Shown piece by piece: positions 24,887-37,059 of a stretch of DNA of 64,000 nucleotides. The stretch comes from Batkoa obscura (Eukaryota). A program made the translations under genes and the position numbers. A model generated the notes under the pieces. That model searched no databases. It had not been told where the DNA came from and was given only the letters and a program-made list of their open reading frames with translations. The number at the start of each line of letters is the position of its first letter. Positions within the stretch are counted from its first letter, which is position 1. The DNA is taken from assembly GCA_030770535.1 (NCBI GenBank), contig JASVEC010000025.1, forward strand, positions 682,001 to 746,000, given 5' to 3'.

Positions 24887-24982
24887 GTGGATATTTTTTT
24901 GGCTTCATCACTTTTTCCATCTTTTAAGCGCTATTTGAGTGAAAAAACTGTTAGTAATTCTTAAACACAAAAATACATTCCC
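24887..24982 (-). mobile_element. MITE copy
   Basis: Reverse orientation; flanked by direct repeat ATGT/ATGT. Confidence 0.85.
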
Positions 24983-25176
24983 ATGTGTTAATATTGTGAT
25001 GCTAAACAATTCCCTTTTTATAGGCCTTATAGGCCTAAAGCATGTATCTCTGCAAAGAAAAGTTCTATATTATAAATTTAAAAGTTGCTCATTTGTTCAA
25101 TTAGTTTATGTATTATTACAGCTACATAAACCGAAATTAATTTTATTGAATTTATATAGTGTTATATTTTGTGTAT

Positions 25177-25271
25177 GAGGATGTATTTTTTGTAAGAATT
25201 TTACTAACAATCTTTCCACTCAAATAGCGCTCAAAAAATCGAAAAAATAATGAAACCAAAAAAATATCCTC
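25177..25271 (+). mobile_element. MITE copy (GAGG...CCTC ends)
   Basis: Full length; flanks GTAT/ATAT. Confidence 0.88.
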
Positions 25272-25492
25272 ATATATTGTTACAAAATATTAAAATATTT
25301 TGATCACATTGATTTTAAAGTTCTAAAAAGAATATGTATCTTAACTTAGACAACAAATAGTGATGTTAAAACCTCATCAAGAGCTACTAAACGCGGTAGA
25401 TATTTTTAACTAATATTTAAAAAGAAAAAAGAAAGATTTACAAACATATAAAAATCGAAACAATTGATGTATAAGATAAATAAAACTTGTAA

Positions 25493-26311
25493 ATGTGGGA
25501 GTATTATACAAATATTATATACATATGTTTAGCATTAACAATAATTATCGTAATCCCTATCATATCTTACTTTAGTGGCACCTATTTTTATAGGTTCAAA
25601 GTTTTATTCATTAGAGAAGAAATAAATAATGAAAGAAGTAATAATAATTTAGAGATTGAGCAGGGTAATAATTTGATTGAATTAAGAGGAGTAGAAGTGG
25701 AAAATACTTCAACTGTAAATAATAATAAATTTAAACCAAGCACTGAAGACAAAAACAAAATCACAATAAAAAAAAATAATTGTATATTTTTTAACGATAA
25801 TTGTATTATTCAAGGGAAATACCTGACTTTAATTCCAGAGTCGCTTTACTATGAAATTGAACTGATAAATTTTGCTGATAATTGTGAATTTTTATTTGGG
25901 TATGCGGATAAAAGTACTTCTCAAATTCATGGTACTTCCTATATTTATAATATTAATTTGTAAACTTATCAATTTAACATAGAATCACATATATTGTTAA
26001 GCAATAGAATATATGGTATGAATATTAACAAGAAAGAATATCCAAATACCTTTGTTCATACTCTTAAGAAAGGTGATATCATAGGTTGTTTTTATGATAG
26101 ATTTCTAGGTGAAATAACATTTACTTATAATGGAAACGACCTATGCTACTATTTTTTTCAATTAGGTGTGATATATCCTACCATATATAGTACTAAAGGT
26201 ACCTTGCTCAAATATAATTTCGGAAGTAGGTCTTTCCTTTATCGTCGAGCTAATCAACTTAAACTTGGCATAGGGTGTAGCTATATGCAAGAAGTCCCTC
26301 CTGGTTACTAA
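25493..26311 (+). CDS. TM + SPRY domain protein with C-terminal PPxY, Ssh4/Ear1-like Rsp5 adaptor paralog 3 (intron 25932-25982)
   Basis: TM helix; LYYEIEL, GDIIGCFYD, ITFTYNG, YPTI, YNFGSRSFLY; ends EVPPGY*. Confidence 0.87.
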
Positions 26312-27898
26312 CTTGACCCTTTTGGTATCATTTGGTATTTATATAAATACTTTTAAAGCTTAAAACTTTAAGGCATTCATATTTTAAATTAAAATCCTAT
26401 TTAAATTTAAAAATCGAATAACTGTTATGTGTTTATACTCTTAATGGTTTAATTGAAACGTTTAGAAAGATCATATAGTTATTTTATGTCTTATTGATGT
26501 AAGTTTTAGTAGTATTAGGGAAATAAAATATTCATTTTATTAGGATTTAAATGCATTGACTTGTTGCCTGCTATATATTTGTTTATATATTGTTGATTTT
26601 ACGCTTTAAGTATTTTTATTGTATCGTCTTTTGTATTTAAAATAACTAAGTAAATAAAATTTAAATATAGTTTTAATATCATAATACTAAAGTTTGTATA
26701 AAGATGAATTTTTACTTTTAGAATTGGAATATTAAAAAAGTAGTTAAGAAATAAATCATTTGTTTTCAAAAGCAAAAACATTACTATTTTGTATAATAGT
26801 ATAATTAATTATTTTTTAAGTAATAGATATTTATTTTGAAAAATCAGCATTAATATGAAAGAAAATATTATAATTGAATAATTTTTATAATCTTACAGTT
26901 ATTAAATACACTACTTGTACTTAATAATTAAACTTTTAGGATTTTAACTTAATATTGTATGTTTATATATTTTTTTAATAATTATAAGGCTTATTTATTT
27001 ATAAGGTTAAAATAATGTATATATCATAATTTTATAATGTAAAGATATTAAGCTTTAAAGTATATTAAAAAACATGGTAATTTGCTTTATATTCTCCACT
27101 TTTGGCAACAAGAGCTTGGAAATCACATTTTTATTGTTGGGATTAGAAGTAAATATTAGTGATTGAATAAAAAATATAGGATGATTTAATACTTTTTTAA
27201 ACATACATTATTTCACTTGATATTTAAAAGTGATAAAGCATGTTACTTAGCAAATAAAACTCGCTTTAGACAAACAATCTTCTGTTTATTTAACTGTATT
27301 TAAGTATTTATCCTATTAAGATAAATTGTTTAATTACTTGGTAATTATTAGTTTGATATTCTGATGTATTATTTCAAATAACTGGATGATTTATAAAATA
27401 CTCAAACCTTATTTAAACATCGATTCAGTTGCCCAATTAAATTTAAACCTGAACTTTTAATTATAAGGATTATTAAGAATAAGAGTCTTGTAAAGTTTCC
27501 ACTTTTAGAAAAAAAGGAAAGTCAAAGTTTAAATAGAAAACTGCTTAATTTGTAAATAAGAAAAGGAATAAATCAGTGTACCAAATAAACATGTTTACAT
27601 TTTTAAATTGAATTCTTTAATGGCCATATTAGGAAAAGTTTAGGCAATAAAACAGCAAATAGTTGAATGGAGAAATAAAACTAGTTTCTTTTTTCAATTA
27701 CTATTAAGTTGCTTTGGCAAATCATGTCTCTCCTTATCTATCCTTGCTTAAATCTGAGTTTTAAGTAAATAAATTTCATTTTTCAATAATCTCATCTTTC
27801 TTATTTTATTTTAATTACTAAACAATCCAAGTTAGTTAAATCAATCTTTTAACTTATAATATCACAACTTCATTCGATTTGATTTCAAAGCTTAACCA

Positions 27899-29091
27899 AT
27901 GTCCGAAGTATATCGATTTTTAAGTAACTTGGGTTTAGAGCATTATTATAATAATTTTGTATACAATGGTTATAATACAATTGATTTGGTAGGTTAATCA
28001 AAGTGCATTATTAAAATATCACTGTCCTTTGAACTTTTGTAAATAAACGACCTAACAGACTTTAGTTATATAGACTCGACTATAATGCCTTAGAATCATT
28101 GGGGATCTATAAAGAACATCAAACTGTAATATTAATCAATACTCAAATTTTAAGATTATTAATAAATGTTTAAGATTATTTTAGAATCATTAAGGCAAAA
28201 TAGTAAGAATCCAATGGCAATAAGTAATATACTTGAGTCTCCAACAATAAAGAGAACCACTTCTTATCCGCAGGAATATCTACCTACTGTTCAAAAATTT
28301 CCAGGTACAAAAACGTACCCTCCACCTTTAGGTAGATCAAAATTATTATTTTATATTTAAATGCTAAAAGAAAGGAATAGTTAACCGACATAGTGATGTC
28401 CAATTGTACCCCATGAATAATACTACTTCAACATCACAATTTTTTAGGCCACCTAGCTTTCCTCAAAACAATTATGATGCTACCTGGATTAATTCTTCTG
28501 TATCCGAGGAAAAAGGTGCGTTTGATTCTAAATATTATCAAAATAGTGCCAGTAGTGATTCTCATAATAAAAAACAGGGAGGCTCCTCGCCATTAATGGG
28601 AAATGAAACTGAAATAAGTAAAAGAAAATATCGAAGGCATCCAAAGACGGATCCCAATGCACCAGCTAAGCCACAGACTGCTTATATAAAATTTTCTTCG
28701 TCAGTCAGAGAAAGTGGTAAATTCAAACAATTGAGCTTTACGGAGTCAGCAAAAGTAGTAGCTAAGCTTTGGAAAGATTTAGATCAAAGTACAAAGAATT
28801 ATTTTTTACAAGAAGCCCATAAGGATAGAATAAGATATAGAGAAGAAATGGCAGTTTATCGTACCTCAAGCAGTTATAGGGTAATTTAAACAAAAAAAAA
28901 ACTAATGTTTTAGTTAAAAATCACTTTTAGGAATACAGAGCATATCTTACAGAATTTTATGGCCAAGGTGGACAGATAGGTAATTTTAGTATAAAAATAA
29001 GTTACTAGCTTATTTCATTTTAATAGTCAGAAGTGTTGGAAGACCCGCTAAGTTATCTACACCCGAGTTACATAAAAATATGTTTCAATAA
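27899..29091 (+). CDS. SAM domain + HMG-box protein, 6 exons
   Basis: Spliced N-terminus MSEVYRFLSNLGLEHYYNNFVYNGYNTIDL/LYRLDYNALESLGIYKEHQT/IILESLRQ fits the SAM consensus; HMG box KRKYRRHPKTDPNAPAKPQTAYIKF...SFTESAKVVAKLWKDL. Confidence 0.82.
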
Positions 29092-31819
29092 GCATATTTT
29101 TTTATTCATTTAGTTTGATTAAACAATACCACTAATAAATAAAAGTTGATTGTTTTTAGTTAAATAGGGATCATATTATATGTGAAATCATATTTTGGTT
29201 ACTATAGTTATAAAATATAAAATAATTTAAAACTCTAATAAAGGAGAAATAAAGGGATATTGGGTAAATATAAATAAAAACTTTATTTTTTCCTTATTAG
29301 AATGATTTTTAAATCGATTTTTACTTAGGCATTAAATACCGTATCATTTTATTTGCTGCATGCTTATTTCTGGTTTAAACCATATAACTAAAATAAAAAT
29401 TATGCAATTTCTATTAAGCTTGTGGTAAAGTCAAAATGTATTGTATAATTTATAAATCCGTTGATTTAACTTTATTTTAAAAAGGAGGAAAAATAGCATT
29501 TATTTTTACTAAAAAAGATTAATTTAAAAATGGTAAAAAAAGAGGCTATTTTGACTGCAAAACAATCGCTCAAAGGAGACCATTGTCATAAGTTATTGGT
29601 TAAAATAACACGAAAAATATATCATATTGTAAAGTTTATTGTTTTATGTATAAAATACTTTGCCTTTAGTAAAAACAACTCACTTCATGACACTTAAAAA
29701 ATAGAATACCCAATAATTATAGTCTATAATTATTACTATTATTTTATCATTTGATAACAATTTTATTGCTTACAATCTAATTAGTTTACCAACTTTATTT
29801 TGCTATAAATAGTTTTAAAAAGCTTAATTTAATTTGGTGCAGGGATAGCTATCTACTTTTCTAAAATGCTTATACTTGAAATTTAAAAGGTCAAATGGTG
29901 TACAACATTGTACTGGTTGGCGTTGTTTATATATCGTATTAGGATTTTAACATTAATATATATTATACTATACAATTAAATAATAATTTTGCTGATTTTA
30001 ACTAAATTAGCCTGCTTTATTCTAGGTAGTTTTATGATAAATTTTATAGAAGCTACGGCCAATAAAAATATGTAAGTAAGAATACTGTTTGTTCCAAAAA
30101 TCATGATCTAACTTTAATTAAATCAGCTGCAAGGTAACACCATATTTATTCTTATAAACATTAGTGAATAAAATATTTTTTATAACTTATTTAGAAATAG
30201 TAATATTTGGAAATTAGCGTAGAAACTTTAAATAGCAAAAGTAACAAAAACAATACTATTAGACCTTATTTATTATATATTCTATTTAATAGAATAATGG
30301 CGACTGTTTATTATTCTACTTTATTTTATTTAAATGAACATTTTATTTCTTAGTTATTTAACTACTGTTTAAATTTAGTTGAACTGCTCGTGGTTCTTTA
30401 TGCTATTTACTCTTAGCCTTTTTAAGTGTTGTGTATACAAATTTATCTTTATTTTAGTTACACAAATTTAGAAATAGAATCCTGAAAAGTAATATGAAAT
30501 CGTGTAATTTCATGAATACAACATTAAAATGTTTACATCATGGTAACATGATAGAATAGATCCCATTTCCACAGAAGTGACTTTAAAATCATAGCGATTT
30601 GAGCCAATTTTGAACTTTAAGCATGAGCGTAGATAAAGTTATTTGGAATTACTCTTACTTTAAATATCAGGTTAATATATACGAATAGATTTTAACAATG
30701 CCTTTTTTTAATTATAGATAGACATTGAAGTACTTAAAAAACAACAAAATTTAACTACTAATGAATATACTATTTACTCCTTTTATCCTTTTAAATTGGG
30801 ATTGAATCAATTTTGAACTTTGTTTTTTTGGATCGAAAATTAAACTAAAAATTATAAGCTACTACCCGAAAATTACATCTGTAATGTTAGCTTATAAAAC
30901 TGTGGTAGTATCCATTTCAGAGAGAAATTTATTTTGAAAGCATGAGACTGAATAGTAGGTCTATGAGCTACCTTTTACTATATTGGGTAGCATCCGTCTC
31001 TTATTATAAATCGCAAACTTGTTTTAATAAATAAATAAATAAAACTGTGGATGCTTAAAGTTATCTATAGTAATATTCTTTAAGTAAATTTTCAGCGAAT
31101 TTTTACTTAAATATTATTTATTTTTCCCGTTTTTTTATTACTTTGAATTTTAGTAGCTAGGTTTACTACTAGTATAAATTATTTACTTAATATAAAATAT
31201 TGTAGCAGCATATTTAATTATTTGTTTATTATATACTAATTCTAAAATTCAAAACATACAACTATTGCTATCATACTAATCTACAGTTTTAAAGTTAATT
31301 TTATACTTTATACCAAATATGTAGAAAACAGTGCTACTGAAAATAAAAACTTAAAATTTCAAATTTAAATAAAATTATAAAATTAGACACAAAAGGAAAT
31401 CTAAGATTATACAGGTTTATCATGCATAAAAAATGGGCAAATAGTGTTAGAAGCATAAAATTAAGATTTTAAACTCAGATAATGATTAAAATAAAATAAT
31501 TTTTAATTAAAGTTAAAATTAAAATAAATGTTAAATATATTTAAAAATATTCAATGATTTTAACATAATTAATATAAAAGAGCAGAAAATAATTGGCACG
31601 AAAATTAAATAATTAACAATTATGAAAGCTTCACGCTAATTCTAATAAAAAAAGTAACTTCAATTAAAACTAAAATTATCTAATTAAAAGCAGTTTTTAT
31701 TACTTATTATAAGTTTTAATATGAAAAGTTTATTTATCTATATTTAAAAAAATTGTTGTTTTTTCCTCAAATACTCAAATATTAATCTAAGCATTAAAAC
31801 TATTTAATAATCAGCATAT

Positions 31820-31907
31820 GAGGATGTTTTTTTGGCTTCATTGTTTTTTCCATTTCTTAAGCGCTATTTGAGTGGAAAAAATAATGAAACCAAAAAAAAC
31901 ACCCCCC
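31820..31907. mobile_element. Rearranged MITE with the same end on both sides
   Basis: Left part is the reverse-strand right end (GAGGATGTTTTTTTGGCTTCATTG...); right part is the forward right end (ATAATGAAACCAAAAAAAACACCCCCC); ATAT/ATAT flanks. Confidence 0.75.
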
Positions 31908-32599
31908 ATATAAAATACATCAAAGCTGATACATTTTTAAATATAACTATTATTTACACTTAAATAAAACAACCGTTTTATGCATTCATGTCTCATCCCT
32001 AATCACCCTTACCATAGTCGACTCAGCGTTTATGTGCATTACTTCTTCTAGCTCCAAGATCCTTCTAGCCTACCATTCTCTGCTCCTATCTTGCTCTTTA
32101 CAGGACTAAATAATTTGTTATTAATAGCTGTTTAACATTCTATTACCAAAACAGTAACGGTATAATAAACCCAACTCCAGAATAAAACGTCATCTTCTCA
32201 AGCATCTAGCCACACCTGTTTCTATAACTGTATTGATTTATTAGAATACTTGTCTACGTTTTAATATATATCTCCTTAAATATCATCTCTAGCTAATTTT
32301 ATATCAATCAAATAAAACCTATATAAAGCTCACTTTTGAATTTTTTAAGTAATTTTATAAATATAAAAATATTTAAGCTAGCTACTCTTTTTACGTTTTT
32401 ACTCACATCTCTTTATAATACTCTGATATAAGCAAAGAAATCAAAGAAATCAAAGAAATCAAAGTTTTGGTTATTTGTTAAGTGAGTAAAACTTTATTCA
32501 TCTAAAAATAAATAAATAGATAAAAAACAAGTGACAAAGTGAAAAAGGAAAGCAGTCAGAAGTAAAATAGGGAGGACTAGAAAGGTAAATTGTACGATT

Positions 32600-33780
32600 T
32601 AGCAAAAAATAGCATTAGATACAAGTTAATTCTTTGGAAGCGATTGTGTTGTTAGGAGTACTGCTAAATCTTGTAAGAAATGTAGAAGGGCCCTTTAGTT
32701 AAACTTTCTTTTTAGTTTAGTAAAGAATCACCATAAAGAATATACTGTGGCTAAGTTTTTTTTGAAAACTTGAACTTAGAGGGTGGTTGTTTTGCTAAAT
32801 GAAACAATAATTTGATAAAGATTGAGGGGTCATTTAGGAAGAGCTTCAATGCCTCAGATACTTTAGCTTAATCTTATAATAGGTCAGAAAATGTCGTTAA
32901 CCCAAAAAATATGCCATTCAATAATATAATTGAATGAGTATTATTATGGTTTTTCTTCTCCAAGGCAAATCTCCCAAGTATTTTATTAACTAAAATAAAA
33001 GTATAAACACTGAAGTTAGTAAACTTTAGGAGCTACACTATTTAGGGAAGGTTATTTGGAAGAGCAGTGATGGGATTCAAGGCTTTCTTATCTTTTTCAG
33101 AAGTGAACAAAAGAAATATTAACCGTTTCGTTTTTGCTCTCTATATTGCTCCGTAATTGAATGTGAAAAGTGGTTATGTTAAATGGTAAAGGTGGGGGAC
33201 GGATGGGTTAAATTGAGTTGACATAAAGCTTTTACAAAGAGCCATAAGCCCTTAAAGGGGATTAAGGATCTAACCATCAGCGGTATATTAGACATAGAGT
33301 AAATGATTTGTTAAATATAATCAGGTAATGATATGGAAATAGGTTGATTTTAAGGGAAATAATGATGCGGACTCATCATTGTAACATTATAGTATAAGAA
33401 GTAAATTTATGAAGGATGATGAGATCTAAAATTTGACAATGTAGGCATTTTTCTTAGATAGGTTTGAATCAAGTAATCACGATTAGAGGAGTGAATCCTA
33501 TATAGATAAACTTCCTTAATATGGTTGAGAATTTAGGGCTTAGGCTTTTAGATAATAAGAAACTAATAAACGGATGAATAGGCAGGAGTAGTTTAGTAAT
33601 AAACAAGCTGTATCCTTTTTTGTTAAAAACAGGCTGTGGAAATCTATTAAAGGATATATCTTGATTAGGAGTATTGAACTTCTTAATAAGCAACAAGATG
33701 GTTTTGTGAGGCTCCGAAGAGGAGGCTATCAAATCCAATTATTAAAATATTTAAGACTGAATTTTATTTAACCAATATCA
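32600..33780 (-). mobile_element. Decayed non-LTR retrotransposon-like remnant (zinc knuckle, possible RNase H)
   Basis: Higher GC than surroundings; minus-strand CLHC-x8-HKFTSY (33394-33447) resembles the LINE C-terminal CCHC; frameshifted Y..DG and WV remnants; homologous fragment at 37840-38210. Confidence 0.4.
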
Positions 33781-33816
33781 TATTTCAATATTAAGACCTA
33801 GTCTTTTTAAATATAT

Positions 33817-33915
33817 GGGGGTGTTTTTTTTGGTTTCATTACTTTTTCTATTTTTTAAGCGTTATTTAAGTGGAAAAACTGCTACTAAAATTCTTAAACA
33901 CAAAAATACATCCTC
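33817..33915 (-). mobile_element. MITE copy
   Basis: GGGGGTGTTTT...AATACATCCTC, reverse orientation. Confidence 0.87.
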
Positions 33916-34463
33916 ATCATACAGAGCAAACTATCATAAATTAATTTTCAAAGTAGATAGTTAAGAAGGATAAAAACTAAAGAATAATGGAGGAAAATTA
34001 AACAAGAAACCCCTTTCAAAAAGTCGAATAGCACTTTAAATGAGTCTTCTAAGCACACTTATATAATAGACTAAATGTTAATATAATGTAGTAAATATTT
34101 TAAGAATTCTTCAAAGTAATTTTAACTGGGTTTATGCTAGGTGAAAATAATATAACTAAACTGAGCATGGAAGTTTAGTTTTTGACACATTCTTTGGCTT
34201 TTTGGGGCAATATCTGAAATAATTTAAAATGGCTACTTTTCATTATCATAAAGGAAATTATTTAATGAAAGGTAATAAACAACAAACTACTTAAAACATA
34301 ACTATAATATCCTAAAAAAAGAAGTATAAAAAATAAATGAATGTGTCTGTCACAAATCTTGACTTAAAGCACATATAAAACAACAAAAACTTTGAAAGTA
34401 ACGATTTTAATGAGATTATTCTTTAAATTAATGGAATTAGGAATTAAGAAATAAGGATCAAGA

Positions 34464-36336
34464 TGAAAGGGTAAAAGTGTAGAAGGAAAAAGATAAAATT
34501 GATTAGTGCATAAACCACTATGACCATTCAAAATATGTTTTTGATTTTTTAGCTGGTGAACTATCATAACTCTCATTTCGACTATGATTATGAGCTAGAT
34601 TATGATTATCTGAGTTGAAGTGGGATGCATACTCGGTTTTAGGATCCATCTCTATCTCATCGCTATCTACATCAATATTATACCAATCTTTTGGTATATT
34701 TTGAAGTTGTACAGAAGGTGCAATTTCCGCTCTTTTGAGTACTTCCATGACTTGTTGGATTGTATCAGCAATATCTTTTTTTGTATTCAGATTGGCTATA
34801 TTATCATTTGCTTTAATTTCTAAATTAGCTTTCCATCCATCTGTTCCAATAAATGAATTCTTTGGTAGCATATCATCTAACTCAACACCCAATGCTACCC
34901 CAGTTTCTAATGTCCAAGTTCTAGCTACATTTTGAGTAGTATAACCACCTCCACCAAGCACAACTAAAGGTAAATTAAATGATTTAACATAATTTAAACA
35001 TTGTGAATGTCCTTTATTGGATAAGTTAAACCCTCCAAGTCGATCACCTGCAACTGAATCAGCTCCCATTTGTAATACAATTACCTCAGGATTATATCGA
35101 CTTATAGATCCAAAAACAATTTTATTGAAGATTGTTTCGTAATCTTGATCATTAATACCCCTTTTTAAAGGAACGTTAATTGAATAATTTGTTCCAATCC
35201 CACTTCCACTTTCTTTAGTTTCTCCAGTAGCTGGGAAAAAGTCTCCATATTGATGAAAAGATAAGGTCATAACTCGATTACTTTCATAAAAGAATTGCTC
35301 AACACCATCACCATGATGAACATCAATATCAATATATAACACACGTTGATGATATCTCAAAAGATCTACAATACATGCTACAATATCATTAGCAAAGCAA
35401 AAACCAGATGCACTTGCCTTTTTAGCATGATGCATACCACCTGCCCAATTGATACAGATATCTGAAGTACCTTCATTGATACTTTTAGCACAAAGTAAAC
35501 TTCCTCCAACTATACTTGACATGTAGTCATATACACCTTTAAATAATGGACAGTCTTCATCTAAAGTATGTGTCCTTTTATTTGTGTTATAATTTTTATT
35601 TATAGTGGATGGCGTAAAATTGCGAATATAATCAATGTATTCTGGAGAATGAATAGCCTTCAGTTGGTTTTCAGTTGCTTTATTATAAATAAAGACACTT
35701 AAAGAGTCAAATAAATTATAGTTTTTGACAAGCTCATGGGTCATATCAACACGAACAGGCTCCATAGGATGGCATGGAGAAAAATGATAAGATTGTTCGC
35801 CAGGTGCATAAAAATAACTAACATTACGACCCATATTGTTCAATGATTAAGTGATCAAAAAATGAATGGTTGGATCTTAAAAATTTCCAGTTCATTACTT
35901 TTGAATTCTATAACTTATAAATTTTGCACAGTAATAAATTGTAAAATCTTAGCTATTTCTTTGCAAAAATTCTTAGAATAAATCCTATTTTTAAAATATT
36001 GCAGTTTGGTGGTAATATTGGTTTTCTACTTTCAGCCAATAGTTTTTTAATGAATATTAGAAATGAAGATTTTCCCATGTAAAAGTATTTACTATCAATG
36101 TGTTAAATCTATGTATTGTCATATTCACTATCTTAATAATTGCAGTAAGGCTTTGTTAAAAGCTAAGTATTATCATATAAATAGAATTGAATACAGGTTT
36201 AGTGGTATTTCTAAAGTAAAATATCTCCATTTAAATCTAATATTTCTAAAGCATTACTGTTACAATTGATTTGTTTCGCTAAATTTACCTCAATTTCTTT
36301 TTTTAGTTTAATACTTTTATTATATTTTGTATATTT
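34464..36336 (-). repeat. Left arm of ~1.9 kb near-identical inverted repeat
   Basis: Reverse complement of 51960-53832; identical protein translation and only a handful of nucleotide differences seen. Confidence 0.95.
34518..35834 (-). CDS. Class I (Rpd3/Hos2-like) histone deacetylase, copy A, intronless, 438 aa from ATG
   Basis: HPMEP, EDCPLF, GGMHHAKK..ASGFC, DIDVHHGDGVE, GADS..GDRLG, GGGGY motifs. The ORF track starts at an upstream TTG. Confidence 0.95.
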   Translation of the reverse strand: MGRNVSYFYAPGEQSYHFSPCHPMEPVRVDMTHELVKNYNLFDSLSVFIYNKATENQLKAIHSPEYIDYIRNFTPSTINKNYNTNKRTHTLDEDCPLFKGVYDYMSSIVGGSLLCAKSINEGTSDICINWAGGMHHAKKASASGFCFANDIVACIVDLLRYHQRVLYIDIDVHHGDGVEQFFYESNRVMTLSFHQYGDFFPATGETKESGSGIGTNYSINVPLKRGINDQDYETIFNKIVFGSISRYNPEVIVLQMGADSVAGDRLGGFNLSNKGHSQCLNYVKSFNLPLVVLGGGGYTTQNVARTWTLETGVALGVELDDMLPKNSFIGTDGWKANLEIKANDNIANLNTKKDIADTIQQVMEVLKRAEIAPSVQLQNIPKDWYNIDVDSDEIEMDPKTEYASHFNSDNHNLAHNHSRNESYDSSPAKKSKTYFEWS

Positions 36337-36960
36337 GCTATTCTTTTAAAATAATTATACAAGATTTTTAATCCCTTAGTATGGTGGTATAGAATGTTAT
36401 GAATAACAAAATGTGACGCAGTTTTAATACTCAAATTTTTTATAAACTTGCGAAACTTAGTATATCTTAATTTGAGGTTTACCCCAGTTTTGCTCCTTTT
36501 CAAATATTTTTTGTAAAAGATTATATGATATTTTATTTAATATGTTTTGTCAAAATTAAAGCGTTATTTCTTTTTTATCATTACATTGTTACTAAATATT
36601 AGATATCAATTGATTAAATCAATTAAACTGATAAATTACGGGAATCTATTTATTAAAATAGTTACTTTAAGCGGTACGATTTTTATTACTATTATTGTTT
36701 TCGGAAATTCCTATGATTCATATGAAAGCATTTATGTCTACTTTAAAATAGACATATCTGTAGCAATTAGCATTTTTTAACTTATACAATGTATATTCTA
36801 ACTAGAGGGAATAAATACTACCTAAGTTGCTCATTGAGCCTAGAGGCTAAGATACAGATCAACATCTTGCAATTTATACATATTTAGATTAATAATCAAT
36901 CTAAACTTATACAAGCTAATAAAAATAATAAAGGGTTATCGTTTTCTTTCCAAAGTATAT

Positions 36961-37059
36961 GGAGTATTTTTTTGGCTTTCATCACTTTTTCCTTTTCTTT
37001 AAGCGCTGTTTAAGTGGAAAAATTGTTAGTAGAATCCTTAAGCAAAAAAATACATCCCT
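36961..37059 (-). mobile_element. MITE copy
   Basis: Reverse orientation, slightly diverged ends; flanks ATAT/ATAC. Confidence 0.82.

Noticed and set aside
27899..29091. HMG-box gene as a mating-type (sexP/sexM, MATA_HMG) locus linked to the invertible segment
   Set aside because: The box is the HMGB-like KRKYRRHPK..PNAP..P..AY type with a SAM domain, not the MATA_HMG RP.N.F type. It lies outside the repeats, and no TPT or RNA helicase flanking genes are present.
36063..36269. 68-aa ORF conserved in both repeat arms (also 52027-52233)
   Set aside because: Conservation is explained by the near-identical DNA duplication; no recognisable domain, and it lies antisense in the HDAC promoter region.
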